A stretch of 58,986 nucleotides of DNA, filler included, from Sluysia triapertura (taxonomy: Eukaryota), in the NCBI GenBank assembly GCA_046118255.1. It is 4 parts of 4 records of this genome, joined end to end, with 100 filler letters (N's around TTAATTAATTAA, not from the genome) between each part and the next. Parts side by side here need not be neighbours in the genome. Positions count along the whole stretch, not along the records: positions 39,893 to 58,986 come from JBJNIA010096440.1; 3 more parts are not named here. One strand, given 5' to 3'. Under the pieces are notes generated by a model that saw nothing but the letters and a program-made list of their open reading frames with translations, searched no databases and was not told the origin of the DNA. The position numbers and the translations under genes were made by a program. Below, piece after piece: positions 52,711 through 58,986 of the stretch. Position 1 is the first letter of the stretch; the number at the start of each line of letters is the position of its first letter.

Positions 52711-54282
52711 TTATTCGAATCTGCTATTGATATCTGAGTCCACTTTAACGTAAGAGTAGGAACCAAAATTGTTTCTATGTATCACTTGATTGTTGTTCAC
52801 AGAATATTCTGGAGAGCGTTTGCTGTCTACTTTGTCTTCTAATATTCCTTTAGGAGAAACACTGGGACTTTTGGAATTTTTTGCGGCCGGAGGAGTTGAA
52901 AAATCTTTATTACTACTGGAATTCTTAGCAGAATTTGGACTTTTGGTTAGGTCTCTGTTATTGCCTTCTAATTTATCAGCATATAATTCTAAATACTTAT
53001 TAAAATTATCTCGCCAGTTATTTCTGGGACACTCGGGGTTGTATAACTCTTCAAAATATTTAAAATTGGTCTCTACGGTATCAAAAGAATATATAATTTT
53101 CACTTTTGCCAAATCAACAGAAGTTGTTTTGATTTTATTAACCTTTTCACTCAAATTTGAAAAGAATTCACTAATTTTATTAGAGTCTTCTACTAGAAAT
53201 CTAACGAACCACTTGGTATCTATTAATACCAAGGCCAATAATTCTGATAACTTTTCTTTTGCTTGACTATGACCATTCATATCAACAATATCGCATAAGG
53301 CCAGCATCAGAGATATACAATTATCTTGATCTCGACACACTACCTTCTCAGGAGTGTCTCCTGCTACTTTTTCCAATTTACAGTCCCATCCGTAACGTCG
53401 AGGTCCGCAGAAATAAAAATGATACTGCATAATCTTGATTGCCAGAATAATCTGACTAAGCAACAATAGATTTTTATCGCAATAAATCAAATAACGCAAT
53501 AACCGTCGCGGAATTGATACCAGATCTACATCTTCTTTAGCTGAGTTTTTCATGGAAACTTTTTCAAACTTCATAATATCGAAATTCGGACTAATGGTAG
53601 CGATTAACTGTTCTATAAGCTTAAATAGTCGCAAGTTCGGTCGAAGTGTCATCTGAGCAATTGCATACTCAAATATGTCTTTGTAATGGAACACATAATT
53701 TTGACAAATGCGTCTGTATGGTAACTGTATGGGACTCTGCGGCATCCATCCGTAATTTAACAATGTTTCAATACATTCAAAACATTCTCTGCGAAACATA
53801 ATGCAATATGGATATATAACCATCAAATCGTTTCGATTTTCAAATCGTTCCAAATAATTAGTCACAAAACATGGCTGTAAAGATAAGTTTAAGGTTGGAT
53901 AAACTTCATTGGCATAAGATAATATATATCTGACAATTTTGGTTTTCTGAAGATAAATAGCCATTCCGATAGGTGTTAAATAAAGTACAGACTTTCTGTG
54001 GAACATTGGATTTCCATCTAGAGGAACGTCTGGAAATTGGCAATAGGTATTCAACAAATATTCGGGGTTCGTTAATATGACACGATAAATCCGATCCCAG
54101 TTGTCTGTCCGCAGCATGTTTAATAACCATTGAGTTTCTGAGTGTTGGAAGCCATAATAAGGAGGTACCGTATAAATCTGTCCCTGAGTTTTAAATATTG
54201 GTGGGTTTGGCAATCGTCCAACTTGTTTCAAACCACTGTAGCAAAATGACTGCATTTGGACAATTTGATCAATAGTTACCAT
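52711..54282 (-). CDS. Single-exon 523-aa protein with an N-terminal ankyrin-like repeat and Ser/Pro/Lys-rich tail
   Basis: 1572-nt ATG-TAA ORF; LYLTPIGMAIYLQKTKIVRYILSY fits the ankyrin TPLxxA...IVxxLL pattern; tail KSPNSAKNSSSNKDFSTPPAAKNSKSPSVSPK. No orthologue recognised. Confidence 0.8.
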   Translation of the reverse strand: MVTIDQIVQMQSFCYSGLKQVGRLPNPPIFKTQGQIYTVPPYYGFQHSETQWLLNMLRTDNWDRIYRVILTNPEYLLNTYCQFPDVPLDGNPMFHRKSVLYLTPIGMAIYLQKTKIVRYILSYANEVYPTLNLSLQPCFVTNYLERFENRNDLMVIYPYCIMFRRECFECIETLLNYGWMPQSPIQLPYRRICQNYVFHYKDIFEYAIAQMTLRPNLRLFKLIEQLIATISPNFDIMKFEKVSMKNSAKEDVDLVSIPRRLLRYLIYCDKNLLLLSQIILAIKIMQYHFYFCGPRRYGWDCKLEKVAGDTPEKVVCRDQDNCISLMLALCDIVDMNGHSQAKEKLSELLALVLIDTKWFVRFLVEDSNKISEFFSNLSEKVNKIKTTSVDLAKVKIIYSFDTVETNFKYFEELYNPECPRNNWRDNFNKYLELYADKLEGNNRDLTKSPNSAKNSSSNKDFSTPPAAKNSKSPSVSPKGILEDKVDSKRSPEYSVNNNQVIHRNNFGSYSYVKVDSDINSRFE

Positions 54283-55989
54283 ACAAGATTGTAAAAATAA
54301 AAGGACAACTAAAGTAGTTTACAAAGCATTGATTAATATGAATTATGAAAATATTTATTTTGACATTATAATAAAGTGGATTAAATTTTTAATTTTTTTT
54401 AGAATTTTCGATGATTAAAAATTAATTAACAATTTTGAACAAGTTCTATTTTAATATAACATGAATTTTCATTTAAAATAATCATTTCATTTAAATTTTG
54501 GATAAATTGAAAGGATAAAATATTCAAAGAAATAAAACAATTTTATTTTTCTACTTTAATATGCCTTATCTTTGTTTTTAACTTTCAACCTACACCAAAA
54601 TAAAATTGAGCAGGATTTGGCTACAGTACAAATATATGACATTAAGTGGGCGTATCAGTTAACTACAAATTGACACTTTTAACTAATATTTTAGTTATTT
54701 ATTAATGTGGAAAATACCTTGTTTCACTTTTTATCTAACGTCGCAACTATCCTTTGTCAAAGTTACTATTAACTTCCCTATGTTTTGTTCACTTTCTTAT
54801 ATATATACTTCAACCGATAAACACCTGAGTTTATACTACATTATCGATCATCTATTAAATTAGCTTGATCTACGTCAAAATTCAAAACCAAAACATATTA
54901 ACGAAAATCTTTATTATTAAAAATTTATAAAATTCAACAATCAGATGCAAAATTAGAAAAAGAATAAAATACCGATGGATTTATAATTAAATTTTTTATA
55001 ATTAATTTTTTGTAGATGTATTGTAGTTTAAAAATTATTTTACCCTCACAATAAATCGGGGGTTAAAAAATAATTTTACACATGTAATTTAAATGTATTA
55101 TAAGATTGACAATCAATGAGTGAAATCGCCCTGAACAATTTTAATAAAAATGTGCCATTTTACTAAAATTTTCCAATCATATAAAATCAAAAACTGTTTC
55201 AGATTAATGTTCCAAAGTAATAAATTGAGAGCGCTGAAAATCAAAAATCTAATTCCCGCGAACGTAATAAAATTATTCTCTTGACAACAATATCAAGCAA
55301 AATTATAATAATTTTAAATATTTTTTTGAAAAAAAGCAAAATAATTTGAAAAAACCGACTCTGACACTCTGACATTTGTCTGACACTCTTTTACGGAACC
55401 TTTAATAAGATTTAATAAGATAATACTCTCTCTGTTTATGAATTATTTTTCCACTTATTTATTTTAAGCAGATTGAAAATGTATGTATCAAAATCGATTC
55501 AAAATAAGTGCGATCTTCTAAGTACACTAAATACTAATTTTATACTTGTTCTGAATAATAGTCCATTTTATATTTTTAAATTAAAAATCAAATCGAAAAA
55601 TTAAATAAATATTTAATATATTTGAAATGAATAATTAAATGAATACGACCTAGTATCCAAAAATAGAAATGGGATTATTAATCATTATTAAAAGCATGGG
55701 TTAAGATAGTCAGAATTTTGGATCCTTTAATTTATATATAAACGACAATAATTATGTGGCACAGTTAATTGAGTCAGAATCTTAATATATTCTTAACTTT
55801 ATCATAATGTGTGTAACAGTGAACCAATCTCTTATTATCAATCGAGTATAACTAAATTAAGAATCAGTATCAATTATCACTCGAATATAAATCAGCCTTT
55901 TTATGAAAATATGAATCAATGGTCATACTCAGTTCCAGAAGCGTTGAGGTACAGCGAATAATAATAGTATAACTGACTATAATAAAACA

Positions 55990-56104
55990 AAATTGTTAGA
56001 CGAGACTAATATTTAAGTGGTCAGAGTATCGAAATGCGCAGGTGTAAAGCGAGAGGTCCTTAGCTCGATTCCCGGACAGTCCATTTTATGAAATCTAACA
56101 TTAG
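55990..56104 (+). mobile_element. Degenerate copy of the tRNA-derived repeat
   Basis: GTTAGACG...CCCGGACAGTCCATTTTATGAAATCTAACATTAG parallels 56250-56352. Confidence 0.7.
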
Positions 56105-56259
56105 TATCCAAACAACAATAAAAACTCAAGTCATTTATAAATAAATTTTAGTCAGTTTACTAAAGAATTATGAGATTCAATCAGTGTTTGTCTTGGAGTA
56201 GAAAGGCCTAAAAGTGCCATTTGGTAAAATTGACTATAATAAAATAAAATCGTTAGACG

Positions 56260-56331
56260 GGGCTGATAGCTCAGTGGTAGAGCATTCGAACTGCGCAGCG
56301 AAAGTCCCGGGTTCGATCTCCGGTCAGTCCA
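56260..56331 (+). tRNA. tRNA-like gene (Ala/Cys-type body, abnormal anticodon arm); probably SINE-like rather than a decoder
   Basis: Acceptor GGGCTGA/TCAGTCC, D arm GCTC/GAGC, T arm CCGGG-TTCGATC-TCCGG, discriminator A, TTTT at 56332-56335; anticodon arm TTCG/CGAA around 10 nt. Confidence 0.55.
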
Positions 56332-56906
56332 TTTTACGAATTCTAACATTAGCATATTGTCATAATCCCAAATTAACCGTTCTCTCTATGTTTTATCACT
56401 TATCATTCTCAAATCATTGCTTATGATTGTCCTTAAAACATATTTAGCATGATCGGAGAAATAACGAGAGCATTGAAGTTATTAATTGTCCATATAAGTC
56501 GATTCAATTACATAAGACATGAAATTCATGAATTCGAAAAGAGCTGAAGCATTGTAAGAATTGATATAGAAGAAGGAAATGAAAAAGAGTTTGTTTCTAC
56601 TTCTAAGAAAAGAGAAGGGAAATAAAGAATAATATAATAAGTTAAATGTGGAGTTTTGTTTAAAGATGCAGCCAAGTGTGAGTCGGAATAAAAAGCTTAT
56701 TTCTACATAGAATATTTAATATTAAAATACTAAACAATTTTTTGTCCGTTCTTTTTCAGAAAAAGAATGGGAACTCTTGTGTTATTTTTATATTTTGATC
56801 TTTTGTTTACAATTTTTGTATATATTATTTTTATATAAAAATTTTTTGGATTAAAAGCTTAATAGATCTCATTAGTTAAATTAATTCTTAAACAAAAATT
56901 ATTACA

Positions 56907-57790
56907 ATGCAAAAAATGCTAGACGAGTTAAAATTTAAAGGTAACTGGTACCTACAAATTAGCAGTATGAGAAATACCATTAAAAGATACTCCGAAGCCG
57001 TTAATTTAGTCAGTACAAATCATGTTTTCTATAGCGATAAGTCAAGTGATATTGTAAATGTGAAGCATGGCAAAAAGCATTAGATCATGCTGAATTTTCT
57101 ATTTTGATCCAATGTGAACGCGCAAAAGGACATTTACGCAGACCCACTCGACTAGAATATTTTGATAAAGTGATTGAGATGTATGGCGAAGCCTTTGATG
57201 TAGGGCTGAGTAAGTGACGATACCAAAGTAAAAAATTTCTTGATGCACTGGTTTGTTGCGCTGACGAAAATAAGTTGTGTCTATTAAATTGCACGTTATA
57301 TAAAAATGAAGCTTTTGCTTATTCTGAAATGAATGAGTTTAAGAAAGTTATCCATACGTTTAATAAGGCTGTACAAGCGGTCTTAAAAATAGAACAGACC
57401 ATATATTAACTGCAAGAACTTCTTCCGGAAAAATTAATGCACATGTTGAATCAAGCGTTCTTAATAATGCCAAACGATATTTCGAGAAGTCACACTCTGA
57501 GCATAGAGTACCGGATATTCGAAAGGAGTGCCTTGGAGTAAAAAGACAAAGCAAAGAAAATGTAAGAATTGAATTTAAAATTTAAAATTAGGATTTTGAT
57601 TTTAGCGTTGGAGCACCAGATGGGATTCAGAAGATAAAGAAAATGGTACTACGTATTTTACTCCAATTCGATTCAAGAATACCAGAGATAGTAACGGTAA
57701 GATTTAAAGTGTAGTTTAAAATTCAAGTATAGAAGCAAGCAGTCATCTATTCAAGTATAAGAAACACGCGGAAAAGATCATCTTCACCAA
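56907..57790 (+). pseudogene. STIP1: STI1/HOP (Hsp70-Hsp90 organising protein) pseudogene; 3' end approximate
   Basis: MQKMLDELKFKGN...YSEAVNLVSTNHVFYSDKS resembles TPR1; AKRYFEKSHSEHRVPDIRKEC resembles TPR2A end (KSLAEHRTPDVLKKC); EDKENGTTYF resembles TPR2B start; several frameshifts and stops; 44-nt GT..AG intron 57562-57605. Confidence 0.8.
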
Positions 57791-58399
57791 AACGTTGTGT
57801 ATATATTATGATTCGTGTAGGTGTATTTTATTTTTTGTTCATCTAATTCATCTATGTTTACAGAACTTGTGTGCTCAGTGTCTTATTCCTTTTATTATAG
57901 CAATTTGTTTTTATTAGATAGATGTGTTCTCGAGTTTTGTATAATAAATTTTAGTTCATGTTATTCGTCTTTAAAATTAAATAAATGTCAGAATTCGATC
58001 AGGTGCCTATTGAATGAAAAATAATTACATGTCTTCACAGCCAAACAACATTTAGTCACAGCAATAATAATTAAAACTTTATAAAATCATATAATCATCG
58101 TTAAAACTTACATCAAGCGTCATAAATAATTTTTTAATTTCAAATATTTTTATCATCTGTTATGATAAAATTAACAATTTTTATTATTTCTATTTATGTG
58201 GAACAGTTTGTATTTGTAAATATAACTTCCTCAAATCAAATAAATTAATATTACTCGTTTGATTGTCGCCATGACTTGTAACAGTTTACGAAAGCAAATA
58301 TCAAACATTCGTTGGCTGCTTGATCAACACTTACTTTATCTAAAATTTTCAAATTATCGAATATTATTAGGGATTTATAGAGATTCAATTGGCTAATTT

Positions 58400-58790
58400 C
58401 GTAAAAATTTTAATCTGATTCGATAAAATCATCACATCAACTTTTCTCGATTGCATTCATAAGTCTCAGACTCATTTTCTATACAGTTTCATAAGAGTTT
58501 CTTGGATTTTATCATTGATTGCCAAAATTTTGATCCTGGTTTCTTCTAGTTCCATAGTTGAAAAAGGATTATGTTTGTAGTCAACTTCAGGAAATGTTAC
58601 TTGAATTAAATGAGTAACTGGATCAAATTGTGAATTAAAATTGTAATAATGGCCACAACATTAAAGTTTAATACATTCTGATCTTGTTAAATTGTACAAT
58701 TCATGATCATCTATCAAGCGTAAAGTTTATATCTGCTGGTTAATATTTTCAAAACGTTCTTACAACAGCTGAAGTGCGTGATTTGTTCGA
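58400..58790 (-). pseudogene. Degenerate unidentified coding remnant
   Basis: Protein-like frame with stops: RLIDDHELYNLTRSECIKL*CCGHYYNFNSQFDPVTHLIQVTFPEVDY...MELEETRIKILAINDKIQETLMKL. Confidence 0.25.
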
Positions 58791-58986
58791 TTGTATATAC
58801 TTAATTGTATATATATGTAATAATTTTTTATTGTTGTTTATATATAAAATGTGTTAATGTAAAATTTAGTCTCGACTTCTTCTAAGTCTTTGAAATCTTA
58901 TGCGTTGTTTTTTTAATTTTATTTTATTAAATCTTTATCAAATTTAACTATGTCTGGATACTATTTTATACTCTAAAAATCCTTGC

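Noticed and set aside
52790-53266. 158-aa plus-strand ORF (and 30758-30991, 35766-36083, 23596-23958)
   Set aside because: Antisense shadows of real coding sequence or AT-rich element DNA, no recognisable motifs.

Overview
Very AT-rich, repeat-dense eukaryotic (animal) genomic DNA with GT-AG introns. It is not one contiguous locus: three identical 100-nt spacers (44 N + TTAATTAATTAA + 44 N) at 13581, 28116 and 39793 join four probably unrelated scaffolds. Apparently intact genes: last exon of a TM9SF1-like nonaspanin (-), a two-exon stathmin-like gene (+), the first four coding exons of synapsin (+; invertebrate-type RRFSSGDL site), two exons of an unidentified coiled-coil gene, and a single-exon 523-aa protein with an ankyrin-like repeat (-). 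Decayed genes include an Ariadne/RBR-like + CCCH-zinc-finger pseudogene and an intron-retaining STI1/HOP pseudogene. Most of the rest is mobile DNA: Ty3/gypsy remnants, mariner, Tc1-like and hAT MITEs, a tRNA-derived repeat and L2-like tails. The most interesting signal is a family of apparently pol-less, gag-only retroelements whose non-coding 3' regions carry arrays of short hairpins and a highly conserved GC-rich 57-nt structured motif; a possibly related copy carries five covarying bulged-A stem-loops. All homology calls were made by eye from remembered family motifs; no searches or folding programs were run, and the organism is not identified.
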